DNA from: Paraspadella gotoi
Taxonomy: Eukaryota; Animalia; Chaetognatha
Length of the DNA stretch: 64,000 bases
Direction of reading: 5' to 3'
Assembly (NCBI GenBank): GCA_051294375.1
Contig: JBJCIZ010000028.1
Coordinates: 1,687,479-1,751,478 of the forward strand
The position numbers were made by a program, and so were the translations under genes. Shown one piece after another: positions 35,011 through 49,429 of this stretch (the first letter of the stretch is position 1; each line of letters opens with the position of its first letter). The notes under the pieces are model-generated. The model was not told the DNA's origin, searched no databases, and worked only from the letters and a program-made list of their open reading frames with translations.

Positions 35011-38000
35011 GGACTGAAGGGGTCATGCTTAGAGCGGGGTGAACCTAGGCAATGCCCGACTACATATACTACCTTTCGTAATTCAAGTTGATTAATTAAT
35101 AAAATGAATAATAAATATTTTTAAAAAACTTAAATACACGTGATCATTCATGTAAAAAATAAAAATAAAAAAAAATGTAATATTTAATAAAAAAGAAAGA
35201 CAAAAAAAGCGCGAAATTCAAACTTAGCCGCCGAAGGCCAGAGGTCGGCCTCCCTGACGATGACGACGGACAAAGGCGAAAAAAAACTTTCTTTTTTTTT
35301 CGCTCTCATAAAATTTGGTTTAGACGTTAATTTCGAGTAAATGACGTCATAATGCGTTTTAAATCGACGGATCGAAAAAGCGGGAGGAGAAGAGGAGGAG
35401 GAGGAAGGGGAGAGGGACTCAGGAGGAGGGAGAGGTAAAAGAGAAAGTAGGAGGATGGAGAGTGAAAAAGGAAAATAAGACAGGGTAGAGAAAGAGAAGG
35501 AAGGAAAGAAAGGAAGAAGAAAGATGAGAGGGGCAGAGTATGGAATGTTAGCGGACGGAGACCGAAAAAAAAGAGAAGAAAGATTAGTAAGGAGAAAGAA
35601 ACACCAAGGAAAAGGAAAAAAATAAGAAAAAAAAAAGGAACAGAGGAGGAAGCTTTGCCCGGCATCGTCAGTTCAACCAGCTCCCCGGGTCCACCTGTCC
35701 AAGTTTCCCTGTGACCACGTGTTAAGCTTTCGAAATTCACAAAAAGCCCATTCCTTCACCCCGATGAAGTTTGACAATTAAACATCCAAAATTTTCACTC
35801 CAAACTACATTTTTCCGTAGAAGACGCTTAATTCAAAAGGAAGTCATTCTGCGTTTATCACTTTCCTGCCCATCAATCACTCTGTTTTTTTCGGTTGGAA
35901 GAGGCTGAGTGGGCTAAAAATAATTGCATCACGGCATAATGCCGAATTGGTATTCACTTGACTTCACATTTTACTGTTTGTGACCTTTTTTCCGATTTTT
36001 GTTTTCACAATGTACTTTGTACATTTCAAAGCTTCTAGGCTTTTAAAATCAATGAAAATACTTGAGGAATCAAAACTCAAAGGCTCGAAAAATCTTTAAA
36101 TCTATTTCTTGTCAAGACTTGGTTTCATCGATGAACTTGTTTTTTTTATACATATATATATACATATACGTATATTATACGAAAACAGAAACAGTAACAG
36201 TGTAAAAACTAGAGTAAAAAGTAAAAACTTGTTTTTTAAATTTGAATAATACCAAAAGAATATTAACATAATGAAAACAGTGACAGTGTAAAAAACTGGA
36301 AAACTTTTTTTTTTGTCTGATACTCCTCTCGAATCTCATCGACCGAAATCGAAGGGAATCCATACGTGAGTCCGTACGTCATTTTCGAAGATTGATTAGA
36401 ATTTCCTTCTTATGAAATTGATACAACCAATATAAAAAATTATCCATTCATTTAATAATTAAACTATCTTCTTCCTGGCTTTAGACAGCCTTGTGGTTTA
36501 AGGCCTCCATCGTCGTTATATGTCGTGTGGACGGCTATATGCAAATTAATTTAAAGCGACTTAATTCAAAACAGCTTTTAAAATAAGATAAGAGCCAAAG
36601 AAGTTTTTCCTCCGAATAGAACCACTAAGATTAAACTCTGAAAACACGTGGTTTCGTTCCAACTTTCATCACCACCGTCCCAATCGTCTTTTCTTTTAAA
36701 TCTCCACGATGCCCTTTCCGGCACATTTCGCCGGCCCCTTTCTTTTCGACCTCCGAGGCACGCTCTTATTCTCTGGCGAGCCTTAAAAATCCCTCGTGCT
36801 CCGATCTCCTTCGATCCCAGCTCTGAATCCTTTATCCCTCTCCAAAAGACTCGCGTCGGAATAAGAAAATTTATGTAGATATTTTTACGTTTCTTGCGCC
36901 ATAAGTTAAAAATGAGTTGCTTGCTTTCGCGAGTAGGATAAATTTGTTCATGACTAATATGAAAAATCGTAAGAAAGAATTTAATTTTTATTTTAGGAAA
37001 AAAGTTGTGAAAATTTCAACTACGATTTTATTTTGAGACAGGGGACATGTTCGACTTTGATTCAAGTCTTCGTGTCCACTGTCACAAATAAAATCGTTGT
37101 TGAAATATGTCAAACTTTTTTCCAATCTACAACACAACGAAGAAAGTGATTTCGGCATAATTTTTATTTTATTGTTAGACATTGTTATGATCTTTCTTTT
37201 CGTTGTGTTTATTAAATTAGGAAAAACAGTTTTAAAGGTCAACAAACGATTTTTATTATTAGATATAAGTCGGACAAGTTTCAACTCTTTATTAAGAGTC
37301 TTCTTCAGCGATCTAATAAAAATCGTTGTTGACATTATTTTATTGTTATATTAAACATAATTTGAAACTAGATATCGTTTGAAACTTTAACATAAGTATT
37401 AATGAATAAATAACAATTTTCCGGGAACAAGGATAATTACAAGACGGGAAACAGAGACAAAATCTCTCCGCCCCCTTCTCCCCCCTACCCCAAAACCACC
37501 TCCACCGCGACCCCGACGCAAAATAGGAGGTCTCGCCATTAACCACATCATCAATTTCTAACGTCTTCCTCTTCCTTCGCCGATGAGGCGATTATGACCG
37601 TAAAAAAAGTGGGCAGGTTGGATGTGAAAAGAAAAAAAGAAAAGAGAAAAGATCGAAACGAGATTGAAGAGAAATAAATAAATGAGAAAAAAAAAAGAGG
37701 ATGAAATAGTTGATAAAAGGAGAAAAAAAAAAAGAGGAGAGATGGCGAATACATGATCGAGATGACAAAAAAAGATATTACAAAACTAAAGACATTAGAG
37801 CGTTGTAACATAAATATAAGAGAGATGGAAAGTAAAAATAAGTGATGAGATAATGACCACGTATCTGTTTACGGAGAGGACTAAAAAAAAAAAAAATAAA
37901 GACATCGAAAAAAAATTTGGATTAAAATAAGTAAAATGCTATGTACTTAATTTTATATAGGTTTAAAAAATTACTATAAAGGTGCAAAAAAAATAAGAAG

Positions 38001-40343
38001 AATCCCAAACAGAAAAAAAAAGTTGAACTTTGGACAAGGTTTAAATATAACAAACAAGTTATTTTTAGTTTTACAAGACAGTCGGCGCGACGTCAACGTG
38101 CAAAACTTGTGATTTTTCAAAATTTTCACCCTCAATTAATTTTACATTTGAGGTTTATTTGATTCTTAAAAAATTAAATTGAAAAATTTGATTAGATTTC
38201 GTCGTCGTTGTCGCCAAATTCTTATCATCCACGTTTTTCATTGGATTAAATGTTTCTTTCATCAGTACTTTCATTGTCTTCACCTAGAGGTTGAATTTGC
38301 TGTTAATTCATACTTAAAATTAACTTATTTGTTTGAGATTTGTTTATCATCGTCGTTCTTCGTAGGAAAGTAGAGCAGACCTTGAAAGTTGTCGTTTGTT
38401 GTCGACCTCATCCTTATTCGAGGCAAACACGATCGAAATTGTCGTTTGTGTGATGTCAGTACTGAGATTTACATTCGTCATCTCATTTTTCGGCGACTTT
38501 CTCCTCATCATCGTCTTCGTCGGCGACATCTCTATCGTCATCATAGCTTTTATGGTGCGAGTATAAATAGTAAACGCCTACTATTAATACAGTTCCCGAT
38601 ATCTCAGCGGAATAGCTTTTTGTTACATTCATCCAAATTTGCCTATTGCAGTCAGTTTTAATGGGAAATGTTTATCAAAAGCTTGCCGAGTGGTGCTCTT
38701 CTTTCCTGCTCCTTCTTTTCTCTGCTCTTTTTCTGTCTTACTCATCTTCTTCTTCCTCCACCTCCTCCTCCTCCTCCTCCTCTCTCTCCATCGACGTCGT
38801 CAAAATCGTAAACTGATTTCTTGGGAGAAATAAATCTTAGTTTTTCTTCTCTCCGTTAAAAATTCTTGTCGGTCCGTTTTCTGTCTGTCTGTCTTTCTTT
38901 CTTTCTTCTTTCTTTCTTTCTTTCTTTCTTTCTTTTTTCTTTCTTTCTTTCTTTCTTTTCTTTCTTTCTTCTCTTTCTTTCTTTCTTTCTTTTCTTTTCC
39001 CTTTGAGCTGCTGAATCTTCTTTATTTATGTTTTCCTTACTAATTTATTTCTTTTTTCCTTACTCAATTTTTTCGAAAAAAGTCGTCAATCGCTGATGTA
39101 ACCGAATTACCCAAACGGTTAACTTTATATTACGTTTTAAGGTTATATAATGTGATATAATAAGACTGTTAACTTAAAGTGACTGTTACGGAGAGAAATG
39201 AGACGAATGAAACCTGAAAGTGGGTAAATATAAAAGATAATAAATAGAAAGGGCGGCCAATTGTCGTTTGGGAATATACAGACGCCATTGTGGACGCTCC
39301 AGGAAAAAAAGATAGGCGGAGGTAATCCATAAAAAAAAAAAAATAAAAAGATAAAGAAAAATTATGTAAATAAAAAAAAAGAATCGGAAAAAAGAATAAT
39401 AAAAAGAAAGAGCAAGACCAATCCCCCCCCGCGCCCCCACCCAAAAAAAGAAAGAAAGGATAATGAGAAAAAAACGAGGAAATCGGATTCGAGTTTCGAC
39501 TTTTCGACTTTTCGAACCGCCGCGAAAGTTTATCGCGACAAAAGATCATTCGTCCGCATTGAATTCCATCTCTTGTCTCGCTCTTTTCTCTCCAAACGTG
39601 CCGTGTTTTCAGTTTCAGTTTCTTAAATTACTTTTTTATTCTTTCGTTTCGTTCGTTTCATTTCTTTGTTCGTTCATTTATTAAATAGACTTAATCTTCC
39701 TTTGATCTTTTTTTTTTAACACTTCAATCTTTCCAGACTCCCGAAATATCATTTTCTTCGCCATTTTATATTTTATTTTCAGTCGGAATATTCCTCACCC
39801 TCCGGTCCTGGTTTCCATTAACAAACGATAAATCGGGGGGGGAGACTCTTGCAACGACGACGCCCCTTCTCGATTTCTCAATGAGGCCAGATATGCGGTC
39901 TCTCTCGAAAACAAATTCATAAGATTGTCGAATGAATTCTGAGTTCAGGAAATAGGTTATGTTAAAATCTTCGAATTAAGATGGGGTAGACGGAAAGTTC
40001 ATATCAGATGCTTTAATTAGTTTTATTTAGAATAAAATACTATTTTTTATGTATTCAGTTATTCACGTAAACGTTGTCCATATATGAAACTTGTACATTT
40101 CTTATTTGGCTTCGCAGCGTTGGATTAGAGATCGGATACGCTAGCAGATTCAAAGCAAAGTCGAATTTTATTGCTTTCGTCGTCGTTCAGTCGTGCGGCG
40201 TCGTCGCGTGGTAGTTGTTGTGTTATTTAAAAAAAATCGCGGCCGCCCGACAACAGACGACATTCAGTCGCGTTGAGCGCTTCGACTTCAATATGCAGAT
40301 TGAATTAAGTCGGTTTTAGTGAGACCGCAATACTCTCTCTTCC

Positions 40344-40385
<42 letters not shown>

Positions 40386-40622
40386 TCTCTCTCTCTCTCT
40401 CTCGCTCTCTTATTCAAAAGACCCAAAAAACTTATCCTTCCCCCTGAAAAACCCCTGCTCCTCAAGAATTTAAAACTTTTTAAACTATAAAATAAAATAT
40501 GGTACGTTATTATTTATCTTTTTCAAAAGTTTATGCGCTAATGAAATAAAAAAATAGCAAATAAGGTGAGTTTATCTCTATCTCACACACTTGACACCTT
40601 CTCTCTCTCTCTCTCTCTCTCT

Positions 40623-40691
<69 letters not shown>

Positions 40692-41946
40692 CTCTCTCTG
40701 GTCTTCTTTCTTTTGCACTGGCTTTCCTCATTTCGAGACGTGTGCTGCACGGCCTCGGGCCTCTGCCGCCGTAGACAGGACTATGTCGAAAAAAAAAAAA
40801 TCACATGAGCATCGCGAGCGCTGAATCGCTGAACAAATGAACATCGGGGTGAGCAAAGGATGGGGCTGGAATATAAAAGAGAAGCATGTGGGAGGCTGAA
40901 TGAGGAGGAGGAAGGTGATATCTGGGAGGATACTGCAGAGAGGTATGAGAATAATGAATGCAGACGGTATCCTGAATTAGATAGGCTTAATGAATTTTTT
41001 TTTTTTTGAATGTTAGTATCGCAGCAATGATTGTAGCGTGTTAGATGGGAACGTCGAGTATTGCATAGTTTTGGTTGGGTGTTAAAAAGAGAAAGAAGAT
41101 AGGGAGGAAAGGGAGTTAAAATAGTTAATTTAAAGGAGAGGAAATAAGAAAAACAATATTAAAGATAGATATAAACCAGTATGTCAAAGAAAAATAAAAA
41201 AAAGAGTTAAGATTCATTAAATCTATCAAGGTAGTTAAAGATATGCTCTCTCTCCTCTCTCTCATCTCTATGATCTCTCTCTTTCTACTCTCTCTCTCAT
41301 ATTCTCTCTCTCCTGCTCTCTGTATATCCAAATCCTCCTTGGTTCTCCTCCGATGTAAATCTTCAATTAACTTCCATCTTTGTGAGCAAAATTCTCTCAA
41401 CTTGCTTTCAGCCTTTGTAACCTGTGTGAATCTAACAATCACTTTTCCTCCTTCCGCTTCTCCTCGATTCCTGAACAGTTTATACCAACAGCTCGTCTCA
41501 AACCACAAGCCATCCAGTAGAAACACTGGCAAAATCCCCTGGAAAATTTTCTTTTGCTTTTGCGTTTGATTGACTTCCATTCTTAGAGTCCACAATGCAT
41601 TAGAATCTGGGATTCCCACTCCTTGTGTGTGGTCCTAAATATTTGTTGTGAACAATACGTCTTTGCTTCACACAATTGACAGATCTTGGGTTTAGTGAGT
41701 ATATCTCTTGTGTCTATGGGCGAATAAAGAAATTTAGGTTATCGAAAATTTGTTGAATCGAGCCTTGTTATTCAGATCGTGAACAGTTTTAATTGGTGTT
41801 GGTATCAACATCGATGTCAATTAAACCCTCCTTGCACCGGTTTTTCATCCTCTTCAGGTCTTCTACTCAAAATGCTTTTATTTTTCCCGCGACTCGACGT
41901 TGATGTATTATGATTTAGTGTNNNNNNNNNNNNNNNNNNNNNNNNN

Positions 41947-43264
41947 TGGTCATAGCTCGACCACAAGAGATGAGTTACGCTCACTTACAGCCAAATTGAT
42001 TTTTCTACAGAATTTTGAAAGCGAAAACGTCATTGTTCACAAGAAATTGACCACCCAAGAATGGGGAATCCCTGGTCTAGTCATGTGGACCTCTGAGCAA
42101 ATGGAAGTCATCANNNNNNNNNNNNNNNNNNNNNNNNNNNNNNNNNNNNNNNNNNNNNNNNNNNNNNNNNNNNNNNNNNNNNNNNNNNNNNNNNNNNNNN
42201 NNNNNNNNNNNNNNNNNNNNNNNNNNNNNNNNNNNNNNNNNNNNNNNNNNNNNNNNNNNNNNNNNNNNNNNNNNNNNNNNNNNNNNNNNNNNNNNNNNNN
42301 NNNNNNNNNNNNNNNNNNNNNNNNNNNNNNNNNNNNNNNNNNNNNNNNNNNNNNNNNNNNNNNNNNNNNNNNNNNNNNNNNNNNNNNNNNNNNNNNNNNN
42401 NNNNNNNNNNNNNNNNNNNNNNNNNNNNNNNNNNNNNNNNNNNNNNNNNNNNNNNNNNNNNNNNNNNNNNNNNNNNNNNNNNNNNNNNNNNNNNNNNNNN
42501 NNNNNNNNNNNNNNNNNNNNNNNNNNNNNNNNNNNNNNNNNNNNNNNNNNNNNNNNNNNNNNNNNNNNNNNNNNNNNNNNNNNNNNNNNNNNNNNNNNNN
42601 NNNNNNNNNNNNNNNNNNNNNNNNNNNNNNNNNNNNNNNNNNNNNNNNNNNNNNNNNNNNNNNNNNNNNNNNNNNNNNNNNNNNNNNNNNNNNNNNNNNN
42701 NNNNNNNNNNNNNNNNNNNNNNNNNNNNNNNNNNNNNNNNNNNNNNNNNNNNNNNNNNNNNNNNNNNNNNNNNNNNNNNNNNNNNNNNNNNNNNNNNNNN
42801 NNNNNNNNNNNNNNNNNNNNNNNNNNNNNNNNNNNNNNNNNNNNNNNNNNNNNNNNNNNNNNNNNNNNNNNNNNNNNNNNNNNNNNNNNNNNNNNNNNNN
42901 NNNNNNNNNNNNNNNNNNNNNNNNNNNNNNNNNNNNNNNNNNNNNNNNNNNNNNNNNNNNNNNNNNNNNNNNNNNNNNNNNNNNNNNNNNNNNNNNNNNN
43001 NNNNNNNNNNNNNNNNNNNNNNNNNNNNNNNNNNNNNNNNNNNCGGAATATTCTCGAGAGAAAAACTTTTTCGTGGTAATCGGTCGAGGAGAGTCAATTT
43101 ACTTTGATAATTTAGTTCCACCTTGCGTCTTCTTTGACGTCGTTTCAAAGGAGGCGATGAGGAATCTGACCTCTCTCCCAGTTTATGTTTATGATTTCCA
43201 TAAAAACCGAATAATAAATTTTTTTATGAAAAGAGAAACAGAATTACATAAAACGGGAAAATAA
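41947..43264 (+). CDS. Coding fragments flanking a large N gap, unknown protein
   Basis: Open, complex, protein-like frames either side of the gap (GHSSTTRDELRSLTAKLIFLQNF..MWTSEQMEVI; EYSREKNFFVVIGRGESIYF..LHKTGK*). Confidence 0.45.
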
Positions 43265-43952
43265 AGTTGACTTAAGATAAAACCCCAAAAAATAATGTCG
43301 TTCGGCAAAAAAAAGTGGATAAATAATAATATTTTGACTAATTAATAGGGTAATTTTTTTTATATTTCTGACAGATGAGAAAATTAAAGTTATCACAAGA
43401 CGTCAAATGTAATGTCAAAGATTAAAATGAAAAAAAAAGTGAAAATTGAAATTATTTCGATGAAATTGGATACAATTGATGATTTGGTGATTTAATATTA
43501 TTTCGTGATTATCAATGTATTTAAATAATTCCCTGTATTCTGTGTTTTCATCGGTGAAAGGTTTTGCAAGAATTTAATATTATATACTCATTGTAAGACG
43601 TAAAAGCTAAAAGGTGAATTGGTAAATATAATCAATCTACAATTAATGTAAATTTTATTTTAAGTAAAACTCAGAAAAAGTCATAATGTTTTGGCCGAGG
43701 AGAGAACTAAACTCTTTTGGAGATGGTGACTTGTTTAAATAGACAAGGGTTGGGCGAATTAGTNNNNNNNNNNNNNNNNNNNNNNNNNNNNNNNNNNNNN
43801 NNNNNNNNNNNNNNNNNNNNNNNNNNNNNNNNNNNNNNNNNNNNNNNNNNNNNNNNNNNNNNNNNNNNNNNNNNNNNNNNNNNNNNNNNNNNNNNNNNNN
43901 NNNNNNNNNNNNNNNNNNNNNNNNNNNNNNNNNNNNNNNNNNNNNNNNNNNN

Positions 43953-44020
<68 letters not shown>

Positions 44021-45584
44021 AAGCTGAGAAACGAATAAGAAACTGTTGACAATTCAGGCAAACCGCGCCAATCAGCTTGGCGATCAAATCGACAAAATCA
44101 TCCGAAACTCGAATTCTTACATATTTATCTCTTCTCGAAACTCGTTTCTTACGCTGTCGCAGCCGGAACAGCTGTACCCGCCGCTGCAGCCTGCAGCTGT
44201 AACCGCCTCTGCCGCTGCAACCTTTTCCCTTCTGTTTTTTTTTTCTTCTCCAATTTTTTTTCTTTAAATCTGTTTTCCCCTGTTGGTCTGACAATGAAAC
44301 GATAATTATTTGGAATAAATACTTTTATAATTCCCTTGTTCATTAAATCAATCAATTATTAATTTATTTAGTCAAACAATATTTCAAATTAACAATCGTG
44401 AATTTATTCTTTTTACTATCTGAGAAATAACTGATTTCATGCTCGCGATATCTAGCGTTCGAGGCGTCGTCCGTCCCTTGCAAAGTTTAACGTAGGCTTT
44501 TTATGAATCTTGCTGAATCTGGAAGAGATTCAGTGAATGTAAAGCGGCGATGAAGATTTAGATTTAGATGTAGTTGAGGACAGGCAATGCTACTTAGAGA
44601 TTGTCAAAAAAAGTCTCGCCAAATTACGACATAGGGAACGACAAAAGGCCGACAAAATAACCAGAAAGGGTATTGGCCGAACGCGTGAGGACAGTTTATG
44701 TACGGTCAAAAATAAGAGTTCGGCTGAAAGAGGAAAAAGATAAAATGACTGAGGCGAGGCATAATATTTTACACTATCTGAAACAATTGCTTTGTGAATA
44801 GGACGCTAATTGGGCTGAAAATTAATTAAATAATTAATTAAATAATTACCGCTAATGATCTTTGACAGATCTGGCATTGTTTGCTCAAACTTGTTTTTGT
44901 AAAGACGAAAATCACATTTTTTTATAATTCCTCCATTCGTTCATTTCGTTTCACTTAACTCACCCCCGCCCCTCGCTCCTCTTCAACCTCACCTGCTGCA
45001 GCTGAGGATCGTTGAGCGCCAAAGATGACGGATGCCGGAACGCCGGTTCCTCTCCGAAAACCGGCGCCGATTCAACGCCGGGCGTCGTCGTCGTCATCGT
45101 CGGCTTTTTCGTCGTCGTCGTCTTCGTCGGACTTGTTCGTCGCTGAAATTAAAAATGGAGAAAAAAAGATAATTAATTAATTTAATAGGCCATGTTTGTC
45201 AAAAATGCCCCATTTTTGGTTAAATACGGAATTTAGTTGATTTTTTTAGTTAAAATACAAAAGATTTGGGTTAAATAATTTGTTTGATATAAAGTTCAGG
45301 GATTAAGAACAGAAATGGGGTGTTTTCGGAAAATAGTGCCAATTAATTAAATATTAACTATAAAAAAAATTGATAAATTAATTGAATATGTTATACTTCA
45401 TATTTTTTAATTATGTCAATCCTACTGTTCCCTAATTAAGCTGTTGCCTGAGTTATCAACTGATTGACATAGTAATCGTGAGATAACTTTGTTCCACTCT
45501 TTCTGTCGTTCTGTTTTATTACTTCTCTCTTTCGTGGTCTCTCCGACTGTCTGTCTGTCTCTATCTCTGTGCTAATATGTATCA

Positions 45585-45619
<35 letters not shown>

Positions 45620-46146
45620 TTCACCTCTGTTCTAAGATAGGTCGATCCTCTCTCTCTCCTCATTTTCTTCCATCTTATCGGTCGACGCTCGACTTCAAAA
45701 AAGACGATTAAATCAGGAGAATTTCCGCGCGGCATTTTTTAATTCATTTTTTAATTCATTTTTTAATTCATTTTTACTTCATATAGTTCAGTTTTTGGTT
45801 AATTATTTTTTTAAGTTTTGTTTCAGTTTCAATACATTTCTTATTTCTTATAGTTATACAATAAAGCATGACTTATATTAAACCTAACGAAAAACGCATA
45901 CACTAATGCGCTTGTTTTTTTTATTTCTGTTAAAAACAAATTATATATATTTAGCTAACGAGCAAAATTAGTTCTTCAATTAAATCCCGACGGTACTTTA
46001 TGAAAATGAACGATGATGGATGACTAAAGTTGTTTTGTTTTGAAAATAAAACATGACAAAAACAAAATGGCGATGATCGAGGTTTAAAAAAAAGCGATTA
46101 GTTTCCAAACAAATGAGAAGTAATCTTAGAATTATAATTCTCAGAG

Positions 46147-46191
<45 letters not shown>

Positions 46192-46399
46192 GAGAGAGAG
46201 AGAGGCCGAATGCGATGGGAAAAGATGTTTCGTGTCGCAGATGAAAAAATGAATATTGAATTCGGAAAAATGAAAGATTTTGCAAAAAATATATGCGGAG
46301 CATGAAGAAGGAGATAGGGGAGGGAAAGAGAGGGAGGAGGAGCGGAGAGAGAGAGATATATATATATATGAGATGATATATTATTTTAAGAGCTTTAAA

Positions 46400-46430
<31 letters not shown>

Positions 46431-46637
46431 AGAATTGTAAAAGGAAGAAGGTAGGAGGGAATAAGGAAGGAAGAGAGGAGGAAGAGAGAGAGAGAGAGAG
46501 AGAGAGAAAGAGGAGAGAGGGAGGGAGAGAGAGAGAAGAATAGCGGAGATCAAGAAAAACATTCATTCATATGAAAAAAAAGTTTCCCTCGCTTATATTA
46601 AAATAATTTGGATTTTGAATCGAACAAGCCTATATCG

Positions 46638-46722
<85 letters not shown>

Positions 46723-47151
46723 CCCTTTCTTCAGAAGAAAAACAGGCAGGTTTAAGAAATTCGTCTTTTTCAACTATTGATTTCGTCTCAAACAAAGCGC
46801 AATTTGTATTGAAAAATATATAATATAACTTATAAGCAATGTTTATTGTCTAACAATATAATTTCTATAACTGTTTCAATATACAAACGACCCGAGCAAT
46901 TTCAGTTTCAAACAATTAAAATATATAAACATTTATTATATTTTTCTTAATCTCCCTTTTTTTTATTTTGCATTCTTTAATTTTTATTCTTCCACTTTTC
47001 CCAAAATAATCCAGATTATCTTTAATCCTATTTAATATCTCATTTGTTTTTAATCTTTTAAAATAATCCAGATTATCTTTAATCCTATTTAATATCTCAT
47101 TTGTTTTTAATCTTTTAGTTTCATAAACCCTCTTCTTCTCCTCCTCTTCTC

Positions 47152-47185
<34 letters not shown>

Positions 47186-47799
47186 CTCCTCCTCCTCCTC
47201 CAGCTTCGACCCTGGGCGCCACGCCCATCGCGGCGACGGAGAGACGGGACGCGGCGGCGCTGGGATTCAGACGAAAGCTGCAGCCGTCGAGCGCAGCGGC
47301 GGCGGCGCGGCCTGAGACAAAATCATTACTAAATTAAAATAATATATTAAAAAAAAAATCAATTAATTATTTAATAACTATTGATCCAACCTTCTTAATT
47401 CATGATTTTTAAAATCTTCGTTTGAATATTTTAAAAATTCATTTGCATAATGCAGTAAAATATTTTTTTCATTGTTACGGTATTCTGAGGGTCTATAAAG
47501 TTTGGTAACTTATTTATTGCCAAGAGGCATATAATATTAAAAATAATACAGAATTTTTAAATAGAGATACCTTTTTTCTTTCCTTATAACGTTACTAGCA
47601 CAAGCTAAAGCACCAACATTTTCAAATTTCGTATCTTCTTTTCCGAATTGTTCTAAAAATAGGCGATTAATCCGCCGGACGTCATTCACGTAAAAAACTC
47701 AGTTTCCAAAACGGAATTATCTGCAAGTTTCTTCGCGGAAACGCTTTTCTATCTTAGCTCTCGTTAATTATGGATTCATAAAGAGTAAACAATGATTAA

Positions 47800-47903
47800 A
47801 TATTTCATTCTCTCTCTTCTCTCTCTCTCTCTCTCTCTTGCTAGCCATTTATATGCCCCTCAAGGTGCCTAAAGCACAAGCCTAATTAATATTGTCTATT
47901 GTC

Positions 47904-47951
<48 letters not shown>

Positions 47952-48020
47952 GTTAGCCATTTAGATGCCCTCAAGGTGCCTAAAAGCCAAAGTAAATTAA
48001 TATGTCTGATTGTCATTTCT

Positions 48021-48053
<33 letters not shown>

Positions 48054-48208
48054 GGTAAGCATTTTGATGCCTAAAACTGCCAGCTCAAAATGATGCTTCG
48101 TACTACTCTCTCATCTTCCCTCCTCCTTCTTCTTCTTCTGTAAGCCCACTTAGATCGCTAGAGCCTAGCAATACATATCTGCTCTATTGTCTGATTCTCT
48201 CTCCTCTC

Positions 48209-48240
<32 letters not shown>

Positions 48241-48314
48241 TCTCTCTCTCCGTAGCATTTAATGCCTCAAGGTGCCTAAAGCCACAAGTAATTAATATTG
48301 TCTATTTCTATTCT

Positions 48315-48369
<55 letters not shown>

Positions 48370-48370
48370 A
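47800..48370. repeat. ~110-bp tandem repeat containing a (CT)n tract, about 5 noisy copies
   Basis: tagccattt..atgccctcaaggtgcctaaagc..aagtaattaatattgtctat plus a CT tract recurs. Confidence 0.75.
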
Positions 48371-48577
48371 CCCGCCTCCGCCTCCTCCATATCCACGTAG
48401 CTTCGCTCCCCACAAACCCCGACCTCTCAAACTCTCCGAAGACCGCGAAGAGGCTCGTCAACTCGGCCCGGAGTCGCTCGTCTCCGCGGACGAAGCGTTG
48501 GAGGTTCGGGAGGTGGAAGACTCTTGACGAAAGGTTTCGGGGAGGCGAGGGGAGATAGCGGGGGAGGGGCTTTGGTT

Positions 48578-49005
48578 TCGAAGGAGGGTGAGAATTAAGA
48601 GAGAGAGGGAGTGAGTGGGTCAGCGAAGGAGGTGGTGAGAATTAGAGAGAGAGGGAAGTGAGTCGGGTACACGAAGGAGGCTGGTGAGGAATTAGAGAGA
48701 GAGGGATGAGTGGGTCATGCAAGGAGGTTGGTGAGAATAGAGAGAGAGGGAGTGAGTGGTCAGCGAAGGAGGTGTGTAGAATTAGGAGAAGGAGGGAGTG
48801 ATTGGGTCAGCAAGAGGGTTGGTGAGAATTAGAAGAGAGAGAGGAGTGTCACGGAGGTGTGAGAAGGTTGGGTCAGCGAAGGGACGGTGGTTAGAAATTA
48901 GAAGAGAGCGATGGGAGGAAGAGGTAGAATTGGGCAGGAGTGAGTGGTTCAGCGAAGCAGGGGGGGGTAAGAATTAAGAGAGGGAAGTGAGTGGTCAACG
49001 AAGGG
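48578..49005. repeat. ~45-bp minisatellite, about 9 copies
   Basis: cgaaggaggtggtgagaattagagagagagggagtgagtgggtcag repeated with indels. Confidence 0.85.
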
Positions 49006-49429
49006 GAAAAAGAGAATCATTTATAACGAAAGTTAGAAATAAATTTCTTTTTTTAAAACGAATTTAAATACTTTTTGTTATTTGAACCGTTTTGGAAAAT
49101 TATATTAAAAAAAATCTTGAAATTCTAAATATTAACTTAACTCATTCAAAATAAAATATTTACCTCTCAGTTTATTCAACTTAAATGCTAATCAATCGAA
49201 AATTTATTCATAAAATATTTATTCTTTTTAGGCTCAATAGCAATCGCTTTTTTTAAAATTATACAAATTGTATTGCATTAAAAACGTTTTTTTTTTTTAC
49301 CTAAATAACTCGTACCTCTTAAAAGGGTTCCATTTTTTTAACTCAATTAACGATAATTATAAAACTTACATGTTAATACATAATATAATATATTAATATA
49401 ATAATATTAAAAAATATATATCTCTCATT

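Noticed and set aside
44150-48590. Exon-like blocks at ~48372, ~47130-47312, ~44993-45143 and ~44150-44270 as a defined gene
   Set aside because: They have splice-like borders and may continue the proteoglycan-like gene, but reading frames are ambiguous and no domain is recognisable.
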